Source: a virus (Duplodnaviria > Caudoviricetes). Taken from it: a DNA stretch of 24,899 nt. A model generated the notes under the pieces. The model did no database searches. It saw only the letters and a list, made by a program, of their open reading frames with translations, and had not been told where the DNA came from. Where the stretch lies: positions 1 to 24,899 of the IMG/VR virus record IMGVR_UViG_3300010398_000047; one strand, written 5' to 3'. Of this stretch, positions 9,203 through 15,750 are shown piece after piece; positions within the stretch are counted from its first letter, which is position 1, and every line of letters starts with the position of its first letter. Position numbers and translations under genes: made by a program.

Positions 9203-9431
9203 TCCCGCCCTCTTCGATCCTGCGGAACTCGGCCCGGATGACGAACGCCGCTTCGCCGAGCAGTCTCGCCTCCCACGCGTTGCGCGCGTGTTCGGCGTGC
9301 ACGTCGATCATGTGCCCTTGGACGTTCACCATCCACCAGCCGCACCCGTCGCACCGCAAGACATAAGGGTCGGACTCGACGCCACGCCAGTGGCCGTCGC
9401 ACCACTCGTCAGGGCTTCCTTCGGGCTTCAA
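9177..9431 (-). CDS. Hypothetical protein, Cys/His-rich, about 84 aa
   Basis: TTG start after GAGGTGAAGG; CDGH..CDGC..H....H; tightly packed with neighbours. Confidence 0.65.
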   Translation of the reverse strand: MKPEGSPDEWCDGHWRGVESDPYVLRCDGCGWWMVNVQGHMIDVHAEHARNAWEARLLGEAAFVIRAEFRRIEEGGSATRTEET

Positions 9432-9576
9432 CCTTCACCTCGTCACCGTTGCGGGTGTAGACCGCGCCGCAGGCGTTGCACTCGGCCTCGGACTCGCCGC
9501 GCCACAGCCGCACCTCGGAGTGGCAGCGGTCGCATCGCCCGACGCTCAGTTCGTGCGTCACCTGCTGGAAGATCAC
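9409..9576 (-). CDS. Zinc-ribbon protein, 55 aa
   Basis: GTGA-coupled start; MIFQQVTHELSVGRCDRC..ECNACGAVY. Confidence 0.7.
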   Translation of the reverse strand: MIFQQVTHELSVGRCDRCHSEVRLWRGESEAECNACGAVYTRNGDEVKVEARRKP

Positions 9577-9797
9577 CCGTACAGCCCCGCCTCGCGCACC
9601 TCGTCCTCCCACGCCTCGCGCGGAGGCCAGGACAGGCGGAACTCCTCCGCCGCCTTGATTGCCTCGGTCACGTAGTGGGGGTCGAGGTCGGCCATCGTGA
9701 CCCTCATACCGAAGATCGGCGGTCCCGTCACCTCGTCGGCCACGTCCGCGTAGTAGCGGAGCCGGTCCATCTGCTCGGCGAGCAGGGCGCGCCTCAT
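9573..9797 (-). CDS. Hypothetical acidic protein, 74 aa
   Basis: 4-bp overlaps with both neighbours; protein-like composition. Confidence 0.7.
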   Translation of the reverse strand: MRRALLAEQMDRLRYYADVADEVTGPPIFGMRVTMADLDPHYVTEAIKAAEEFRLSWPPREAWEDEVREAGLYG

Positions 9798-9997
9798 GCG
9801 TCACCCCGCTCGATCGCGGCGAGCAGCGCCCGCCTGGTGTAGTAGCGGCGTGTGACCTCGACCATCGTGAAGTCGTCGGGGTCGCGGTCCTCGGGGAGGC
9901 GCATTCCGACCCAGTAGGTCGCGGTGTAGGGCGTGCCGTCGGAGGCGTGGACGATGCCGTGGAACTTGCGGATGCTGAGGCCGTCGAGGAGGTTCAT
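9794..9997 (-). CDS. Hypothetical protein, 67 aa
   Basis: ATGA overlaps with both neighbours. Confidence 0.7.
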   Translation of the reverse strand: MNLLDGLSIRKFHGIVHASDGTPYTATYWVGMRLPEDRDPDDFTMVEVTRRYYTRRALLAAIERGDA

Positions 9998-10173
9998 CGG
10001 ACCGTCTCGCCCGTCTCGGACTCGATGTTGTAGACGATGACGGCCACGTCGTTGTCGCCGCCGCCGATGCTGCGCACGAACCGCTCAACGGAGTCGAGGG
10101 AGGCGAAGGCTTCGCCCTCGTCCTCGGTCCAGTCGAAGTAGCGGTCGTAGATGTGCGGGGTGCTCGTTGCCAT
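9994..10173 (-). CDS. Small acidic hypothetical protein, 59 aa, leaderless
   Basis: MATSTPHIYDRYFDWTEDEGEAFASLDSVERFVRSIGGGDNDVAVIVYNIESETGETVR; ATG 6 nt after TATACT. Confidence 0.78.
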   Translation of the reverse strand: MATSTPHIYDRYFDWTEDEGEAFASLDSVERFVRSIGGGDNDVAVIVYNIESETGETVR

Positions 10174-10225
10174 ACCACAAGTATAAGCGCCCCGCCCCGC
10201 ATAAGCAAATCGTCCCGCCAGATTT
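10174..10225 (-). promoter_or_regulatory. Cassette promoter P3: leaderless sigma-A type with AAATC-N9-GATTT inverted repeat
   Basis: TTGCTT (10203-10208), 17 bp, TATACT (10180-10185), 6 nt, ATG; inverted repeat at 10207-10225. Confidence 0.88.
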
Positions 10226-10227
10226 CG

Positions 10228-10252
10228 GAGAAATATCGGAATAATATTTCTC
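10228..10252. repeat. AT-rich inverted repeat GAGAAATAT-N7-ATATTTCTC
   Basis: Perfect 9-bp arms between stop 10257 and promoter P3. Confidence 0.7.
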
Positions 10253-10256
10253 GGCT

Positions 10257-10829
10257 TCACAGGCCGGGGATGAACGCCGCCACGTCGGCCGCGACCTCGG
10301 GCATCGCAGCGGGCGCTTCGGTCGCCTTGGGCGCAGGGCGCAGCAGGTCCGCCCGCCAGCAGTTGAGGACGCCCTTCGCCTGCGGGTCGGTCAACTGGCG
10401 ACCCTTCTCCTTCAGGTCGGTCAGGAACGAGAAGTCGCCGTCGTACACCCGCAGCCAATCGCGCGCGGCGCGGGCGTTCTCGTGCGTGATGTCCATGACC
10501 TCGACCTTGCGCCCGAGCGAGAGCAGCCACCCGGCCACCTTCGCCATGCGCTCCTCGCGGGTCAGCTTCGGCCCGTCGGTCTGCGGGCGGCGGTCACCGC
10601 GGTAGTTGCCCTCCAGCCGCTCCGTGTCGCTGACGACGATGCGGACGACCGCGTCGGCGCGGTTGTACTTGTCGCCTGCGCAGAACCGGCAGTCGCCGTG
10701 CGGGGCTTCGTCGCCGTCGCACGGTTCGCCTTCGGCGATGAAGGGGCAGGCGGGGTTGGTGTGCTCCACGACAACCTCGTCCTCGCCGTGTGCGCCGAAC
10801 GTGGGGTGGAGGGTCAGAGTTTGCGTCAT
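10257..10829 (-). CDS. Hypothetical protein with Cys/His cluster, 190 aa, leaderless
   Basis: H....C.......C......H..C..C cluster; C-terminal YDGDFSFL..LTDPQAKGVLNC segment; ATG 6 nt after TATACT. Confidence 0.8.
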   Translation of the reverse strand: MTQTLTLHPTFGAHGEDEVVVEHTNPACPFIAEGEPCDGDEAPHGDCRFCAGDKYNRADAVVRIVVSDTERLEGNYRGDRRPQTDGPKLTREERMAKVAGWLLSLGRKVEVMDITHENARAARDWLRVYDGDFSFLTDLKEKGRQLTDPQAKGVLNCWRADLLRPAPKATEAPAAMPEVAADVAAFIPGL

Positions 10830-10881
10830 GGCACAAGTATAAGCGGGTCCGCCCGCCTAGTCAAATCGTGCCCGATGATTT
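10830..10881 (-). promoter_or_regulatory. Cassette promoter P2: leaderless sigma-A type with AAATC-N9-GATTT inverted repeat
   Basis: TTGACT (10859-10864), 17 bp, TATACT (10836-10841), 6 nt, ATG; inverted repeat at 10863-10881. Confidence 0.9.
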
Positions 10882-11067
10882 CTCGGGGAAGCAGTCGGGG
10901 CAGCGCCGCACGGCCAGTGGCTCCACCGACCAGGACGGCCCGCAGGTCGCCTGCATGAGCGACAACCCGCAGGCCGTCCGCACGTCGAAGTCGGCGAACG
11001 GGTCCTTCACTCGCGGGAGGTGCAGTGTGCCGTCCTCCACGTCGAGCATGACGACTCGGGCGGTCAC
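10861..11067 (-). CDS. Small putative zinc-binding protein, 68 aa
   Basis: GTGA-coupled; LH..RTACG..RCPDC; its stop lies inside the P2 -35 box. Confidence 0.7.
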   Translation of the reverse strand: MTARVVMLDVEDGTLHLPRVKDPFADFDVRTACGLSLMQATCGPSWSVEPLAVRRCPDCFPEKSSGTI

Positions 11068-11384
11068 CGCTCATCGTCGCGGCGAGGTGACGACCGCTCC
11101 GTCAGCGCGCACGGCTCGCCGACGAGCGCGCACAGCCCCGCGAACGTGTGCGGGCGCTCTGCGATGCCCCGCAGGCGGCAGAGTTGCGCAGCGTCGCTGT
11201 ACGCCTGGTGCTTGGCGTCTTTCGACGGGTTGACGGGCCGCTTGCCTGCGCGCTGCGGGCCGACTTCCTGGTAGCGGTCGCACCATGCGAACCACTTGTT
11301 CGCCCGACGGACGAACGACCGCACGCGCTTGGCGTACATGAGGTCGAACGAGGCGCGGGTCTCGGGGCTGAGGTCGGTGGTCAT
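11064..11384 (-). CDS. Hypothetical basic protein, 106 aa
   Basis: SD AAGGAG-6 nt-ATG 11384 (MTTDLSPETRASFDLMY...). Confidence 0.75.
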   Translation of the reverse strand: MTTDLSPETRASFDLMYAKRVRSFVRRANKWFAWCDRYQEVGPQRAGKRPVNPSKDAKHQAYSDAAQLCRLRGIAERPHTFAGLCALVGEPCALTERSSPRRDDER

Positions 11385-11395
11385 TGTTGGCTCCT

Positions 11396-11827
11396 TCAGT
11401 CGTTGAAGAGGGTGAGGGTCACCGTGCGGACTTCCAGCGAGTCCGAGCGCAGGTGCCAGGCGACCAGTTCGCCTTCGGCGTCGCGCTCCTCGCGCTCCAC
11501 GACGAACGGCACGGTCACGCCCGTCGTCGGGTTGTGCAACCGCAGCCCGCCCGCCCCGAGGCCGTTGGTCGAGGACACTTCCCCGACGAACCGGCGTGCG
11601 CGCGGGTCGTAGCTGAGTTGGGTCGTCTCGGTGACGGGCTGGTCGGCCGCTTCCGCTGCCAGGTACTCGTCCTCGCAGCGGGGGCAGACGCCTTCCACGT
11701 CGATGTATGCCCGATCGGCGTCGGTCAGGCGGTGCTTGGTCGAGCGGCAGACGTAACCGAAGCGGGGGTCGGAGAGCATGATGTCCCACTCGGCGTCGGT
11801 GAAGGTGATGGGTTCGTTGTGCGTCAT
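11396..11827 (-). CDS. Acidic hypothetical protein with putative Zn site, 143 aa, leaderless
   Basis: CRSTKH..CPRC; beta-rich C-terminal half; ATG 6 nt after TATACT. Confidence 0.8.
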   Translation of the reverse strand: MTHNEPITFTDAEWDIMLSDPRFGYVCRSTKHRLTDADRAYIDVEGVCPRCEDEYLAAEAADQPVTETTQLSYDPRARRFVGEVSSTNGLGAGGLRLHNPTTGVTVPFVVEREERDAEGELVAWHLRSDSLEVRTVTLTLFND

Positions 11828-11879
11828 ACCGACAGTATAAACGGCGCGCCCCGCATAAGCAAATCGTGCGCCAAGATTT
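11828..11879 (-). promoter_or_regulatory. Cassette promoter P1: leaderless sigma-A type with AAATC-N9-GATTT inverted repeat
   Basis: TTGCTT (11857-11862), 17 bp, TATACT (11834-11839), 6 nt, ATG; inverted repeat at 11861-11879. Confidence 0.88.
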
Positions 11880-11881
11880 TC

Positions 11882-12322
11882 TCAGGGGGCGGAGCGGAAG
11901 GCTCCCGCGTCGATCGCCCACTGGAGCGAAGCCGTCCACCGCGTCGGCATCGGCAGCTTGAACCAATGCTGGCCAGGCTGCCCGGCGACGCTCTTGAAGG
12001 CGTACACGCCCGACCCTTGCGGCCCGGTGATCCAGTAGAAGACGAGCGCCCGCGCCGTACGGGGATAGATGCGCCCTCGCCCGACGTACACGCCCGTCCC
12101 CTCGTCGGTGTAGCTGGCGTGCTCCGCGGTCGCGTAGATCGTCGTCCCGATCGTCGTTCCGTCGGTCTGCGCCACATCGACCTGGATGCTCTTGTTCAGG
12201 TCGCCGGTCATCGGCGTCGGCGCAGCCTCAGCGGTCTGGCGTCGGCATTCCTGCGCAGCCGCGTTCACGAGGTTCTCGGCCGCGGCGAGGACGGACGCCC
12301 GCAGGTCGTCCGCGAAGCTCAC
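11882..12322 (-). CDS. HK97 gp10-like neck/tail completion protein, 146 aa
   Basis: GTGA-coupled start; AP.MTGDLNKSI..HASYTDEGTG..IYPRTARALVF..SVAGQPGQHWF pattern. Confidence 0.8.
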   Translation of the reverse strand: MSFADDLRASVLAAAENLVNAAAQECRRQTAEAAPTPMTGDLNKSIQVDVAQTDGTTIGTTIYATAEHASYTDEGTGVYVGRGRIYPRTARALVFYWITGPQGSGVYAFKSVAGQPGQHWFKLPMPTRWTASLQWAIDAGAFRSAP

Positions 12323-13134
12323 GGCAGGGGACCGAGCATCGGGTTCGTCGGTATCCGCACCGCGCGCCCCACGTCCGGGCTGAGGACCTTCGCCCGCTGC
12401 CGGTTGCCGTACGGGTTGACAGCCTTCACGAAGTAGTCCACCTCGGCGACACCGAACTTGCCGTCGTCCACGAGCGTCAGCGGGTCGATCACGATCATCG
12501 CGACCCCCTGGCGGGTGATGGTCTGGACGCGTTTCGGCAGACGGCACTCGGGCTTGGCGGCGCACGCCAACGCGATCTCGCACGCGAGCGCGGACGCGGC
12601 GCGCACTCCGTCAGGCGGGATCGGGAGGCCGTGCTTCAACGTCACCTGGAAGTGCGGCGGCGAGACGATCAGGTCGCCGGGCGCGGTGATCGGCCATGTC
12701 TGGCCGTCGAGGCGGACCAGCCAGCGGCCGTCGTCCACGCGGTAGTCGGCGGGGTCGAGGACGGTGCCGTCGATCGCGACTTGGGTAATCGACTGGACGT
12801 TGGCGAAGCCGAGCCGGATTTCCGGGACGCCTTCACCGCGCGCCATCCGCGAGTTGGAGCCATACCAACAGTTCCTCGCCCGGTCGAAGAACCAGGAGCC
12901 GCCCCAGGTGAAGTAGCCGGGGCCGCACGGATCGCAGGGCGTCGCGACGATCGGCAGGACTGTCACCTCGCACACGCCGTAGATCTTCCCGGTGAGCCGC
13001 CACAGCCACGCTGACGCTGCCGCGATCGCCTCGGGCAGCGTCGCCGGGTCGATCGCCGAGCACGGCCCACAGGCCGTCACGTCGGCGTCCTCGCACCACG
13101 GATCGCAGGGCTGGTCGGTGACGCCTTGGATCAC
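12319..13134 (-). CDS. Head-to-tail adaptor, 271 aa
   Basis: GTGA-coupled start; LWRLTGKIYGVC, DYRVDD..LVRLDG..WP, CRLPKRVQTITRQGV and GVAEVDYFV..VNP, as in cluster-B-type adaptors. Confidence 0.82.
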   Translation of the reverse strand: MIQGVTDQPCDPWCEDADVTACGPCSAIDPATLPEAIAAASAWLWRLTGKIYGVCEVTVLPIVATPCDPCGPGYFTWGGSWFFDRARNCWYGSNSRMARGEGVPEIRLGFANVQSITQVAIDGTVLDPADYRVDDGRWLVRLDGQTWPITAPGDLIVSPPHFQVTLKHGLPIPPDGVRAASALACEIALACAAKPECRLPKRVQTITRQGVAMIVIDPLTLVDDGKFGVAEVDYFVKAVNPYGNRQRAKVLSPDVGRAVRIPTNPMLGPLP

Positions 13135-13904
13135 GGAAGCACCGATGGATTCTGGACGCCTTGGTTGACGAGTTGGTCGTGGAAACCCGCGAGGCACGGG
13201 CAGGTGGCGGGGCCGAGCCGGGTCGGGGGCGTGACGAGATCGGTTTGCGGCCAGACCGTCGCCATCGCCGACAGGGCGTGGTTGACGAGCGCAGGCGTGA
13301 ACGGGATGCCGGTGATCGGGATGTTGCCGTCCACCATCAGCAGGTCGAGTCGGACGCCTGCGGTGTCGGGGCCGTGCTGCCCGATGATCGTGACGTTCGG
13401 GATTCCCGCGAGGTTGTAGGTCCGGGCCGCGGCCTCGTGGTAGGCGAACGCGACGATGTTCTTCGCGCCGCCTGAGCCGGTCGTGTTGATGAACGTCTGG
13501 CCGGGGTTCGTCGCCAACGCCGAGAACGCAGGCGAGACGATCGTCGTCCATTTGGTGGCGTCCCAGTCCATGAGCACGCCCGCGTGCACGGCGGTGTGCG
13601 CGACCGTGTCCGAGTCGCCCAACGGAGCGGCCGGGAAGTGCAACGGGTCCGGGGCCATCGTGCCCGAGAGCATCGCCACGCCCGGAGTCGGACCGAGACG
13701 CGTGGACTGCGCGTTCTGGACGCCGGTCAGCGCCGGGGCAGCCGAGGTGGCGAAGTCGATCGCCGCGAAGCAGATCGCCATCTTGCCGACCTGCGGTGGC
13801 GCGCTGCCGGGCGGCACGGAGTGTGTCGTCGCGGCTGTCGGCGTGACGTAGGCATACTCCGCAACCGTGAAGATGCCCGCAGCAGGCGGGGCCGGGTTCG
13901 TCAC
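13131..13904 (-). CDS. Hypothetical (probably virion-associated) protein, 257 aa
   Basis: Fills the gap between major tail and adaptor genes; Ala/Pro/Thr-rich; no family recognised. Confidence 0.7.
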   Translation of the reverse strand: MTNPAPPAAGIFTVAEYAYVTPTAATTHSVPPGSAPPQVGKMAICFAAIDFATSAAPALTGVQNAQSTRLGPTPGVAMLSGTMAPDPLHFPAAPLGDSDTVAHTAVHAGVLMDWDATKWTTIVSPAFSALATNPGQTFINTTGSGGAKNIVAFAYHEAAARTYNLAGIPNVTIIGQHGPDTAGVRLDLLMVDGNIPITGIPFTPALVNHALSAMATVWPQTDLVTPPTRLGPATCPCLAGFHDQLVNQGVQNPSVLP

Positions 13905-13909
13905 TCAGA

Positions 13910-14809
13910 TCACGGGGCTACGCCCGAGACCCACGCGGTGCCGTTCCAGTAGCCCTGACCGGCCACACCCGAGGTACGGGTCTGCACGTAGTCGCCGGTC
14001 GCCCACGCGGTCGTCGGGCTGGCGACGATCGTGTTCGGCGTCCCGGAGATCAGGTCGGAGACAGTCGCGGGCGGAGTCGAGCCTGCGGGTGTCCAGGTGC
14101 CGGGCGCGCCTGAGGTCGCGCCGGTTGAAGGCGTAGCGGGAGGCTGCGCCGGGACCGGGATACCGCCGCAGTTGGCGTCCGGTGGCGGGTTGTTCAAGAA
14201 GACGCCGTACACCTTCGTGATGCCACCCACGTCCGCTACGTCGGTCGGCCAGTCGTTGAACGGCCCGTCGGGCGTGATCGCCGTGTTGTCCTGCGCGGTG
14301 CCGGTCACCGGGACGATCAGCGTCTGGTCGTTGAGGACGAAGTGGTCGGGCGTGAACTTGCACGACGGGAACACGAAATGCCAGAACGCGCCCGTCACCC
14401 CATAAGGCAGGACCGCCTGACTCGACCCGTCCCACGCGCGCGTCCACACCTCCAAGCACACCGGGTTCTCCAGGGAGTCCTGCGCGCCCGGTGGTTGGAA
14501 CCCGATCGGTGGTGTGCCGATCACGGTGCCACCCGTCAGCAGGGACAGAAGTTCGGCGTCGAGTTGGCACAACTCCATCTTGATCGTCGCGTTCTTGATC
14601 CGGTCCACGTCCTTGAACGTCGCGCAGAGCCTGCCGCCGCCGTTCTTCTGGATGATCTCGTCGCCCGCTTCCAGGTTGAGCGTCACGTCCACCGTCACCT
14701 GCGCGTCGGAGACGTAGCCGTTCGTCGGACCGGCGAGTGGCGCACCGCCCGAGGTGAGCTTGGCGACACGGATGCGCTCGGTGCGGATGGATGACAGACA
14801 CGGAGCCAT
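13910..14809 (-). CDS. Major tail protein with C-terminal Thr/Gly/Trp-rich appended domain, 299 aa
   Basis: RIRVAKL..G.P..YVSD..EAGDEIIQKNGGGRLC..ELCQLDAEL..LEVWT..HFVFP, as in cluster-B/Streptomyces phage tail tube proteins; SD AGGAGG. Confidence 0.85.
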   Translation of the reverse strand: MAPCLSSIRTERIRVAKLTSGGAPLAGPTNGYVSDAQVTVDVTLNLEAGDEIIQKNGGGRLCATFKDVDRIKNATIKMELCQLDAELLSLLTGGTVIGTPPIGFQPPGAQDSLENPVCLEVWTRAWDGSSQAVLPYGVTGAFWHFVFPSCKFTPDHFVLNDQTLIVPVTGTAQDNTAITPDGPFNDWPTDVADVGGITKVYGVFLNNPPPDANCGGIPVPAQPPATPSTGATSGAPGTWTPAGSTPPATVSDLISGTPNTIVASPTTAWATGDYVQTRTSGVAGQGYWNGTAWVSGVAP

Positions 14810-14819
14810 TGAGGTCCTC

Positions 14820-15746
14820 CTACACGAGCGACGTATCGACTTCGACTACTTGGGGCGGCAGGCAGGGCGGGTAGGTGACGGCCGCGAGCCGTGCCGCTTG
14901 TCCGGTGATCGTGTTGGCGTTCCGGTCCACCATCAGGTCCACGTCGGGTGCCTGCTGGACCGAACCGAGACGGACGGTGGCGACCCCGGTGATCGCCGCC
15001 CACTCGTGCGGCGCGGTGAGCGCGGCGACGGCCGGGGGACCGACGATGTTCGATCGAGTCGCGTATCCGGCGTCGGCGGACACGATCGTGCCTTGCATCG
15101 TCGTGATGACGTTGCCGGTCAGGTTGAGTGCTGCGCCTTCCGACCAGAGCGCGAGCACTCGGGGCGAGCAGTGGATCATGTAGCGGCCGAGGCCGGGAGC
15201 CTTCGCCCGCGCCTGCTCTTCCAGTTCGGCGAGCGCGGCGTAGGGACGGAGCGCCGTGCCCGGCGTCGGTGTCACGTCCACGCCGTTGCGGACGACCGAC
15301 GGGTTCTGCACACCGCCCGGAGGCGCGGTGGCGACCCCGTTCCAGAACTCTCGGGCGAGCGCGAACGACGCGGCCGGTCCGGTCAGCATCCGCTGCGCGC
15401 CGTCGTGCACGTCCTGGGGTGTGATCCCGAACGTCGAGCACTGGTAGTCGGCGATGAGCAAGAACGGCGTGTACTTGTAGAACGCAGGTTTCCCGATGGG
15501 TGGTGCCGTGCCCGGCGAGTCGGTGCACACGTCCCACACGCCAGGCGGGCCGCACGTGTCGCCGAGCACGCTGAAGCCTTGCGTCCACCGGACGCCGTTG
15601 TCGGTGTCGGCGTTCACGACGCGCGCCGAGGCGATCAGGTCCGCGACTCCGGGCCGGGGTGCCTGTTCGGGGAGTGGAGCGGGCAGGAAGGCACCCGACG
15701 CCAGGAGCGCCTCCGCCTCCCTGCCGCTCAGGACATCGACGGTCAT
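14820..15746 (-). CDS. Second capsid protein (major capsid pentamer-like), 308 aa
   Basis: Immediately after the major capsid gene; RW..G..C, YTPF....CS, LARE.W.G, ALAELE, MIH, VDRNAN....A.R pattern matching the cluster-B-type second capsid gene. Confidence 0.62.
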   Translation of the reverse strand: MTVDVLSGREAEALLASGAFLPAPLPEQAPRPGVADLIASARVVNADTDNGVRWTQGFSVLGDTCGPPGVWDVCTDSPGTAPPIGKPAFYKYTPFLLIADYQCSTFGITPQDVHDGAQRMLTGPAASFALAREFWNGVATAPPGGVQNPSVVRNGVDVTPTPGTALRPYAALAELEEQARAKAPGLGRYMIHCSPRVLALWSEGAALNLTGNVITTMQGTIVSADAGYATRSNIVGPPAVAALTAPHEWAAITGVATVRLGSVQQAPDVDLMVDRNANTITGQAARLAAVTYPPCLPPQVVEVDTSLV

Positions 15747-15750
15747 CGGC

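Noticed and set aside
10174-11879. Three repeats as a CRISPR array or integron attC sites
   Set aside because: Spacing is 650-1000 bp with genes between, the repeats carry -35/-10 boxes, they lack attC RYYYAAC/GTTRRRY ends, and no cas or integrase gene is in the window.
8990-11881. Island as a transposon or integrative element
   Set aside because: No transposase, recombinase, terminal repeats or target duplication visible.
539-13551. Long N-terminal extensions in the ORF track (2293, 4733, 10530, 11966, 12583, 13551)
   Set aside because: Extensions lie inside upstream genes and are low-complexity; coupled, SD-led or leaderless starts downstream fit better.
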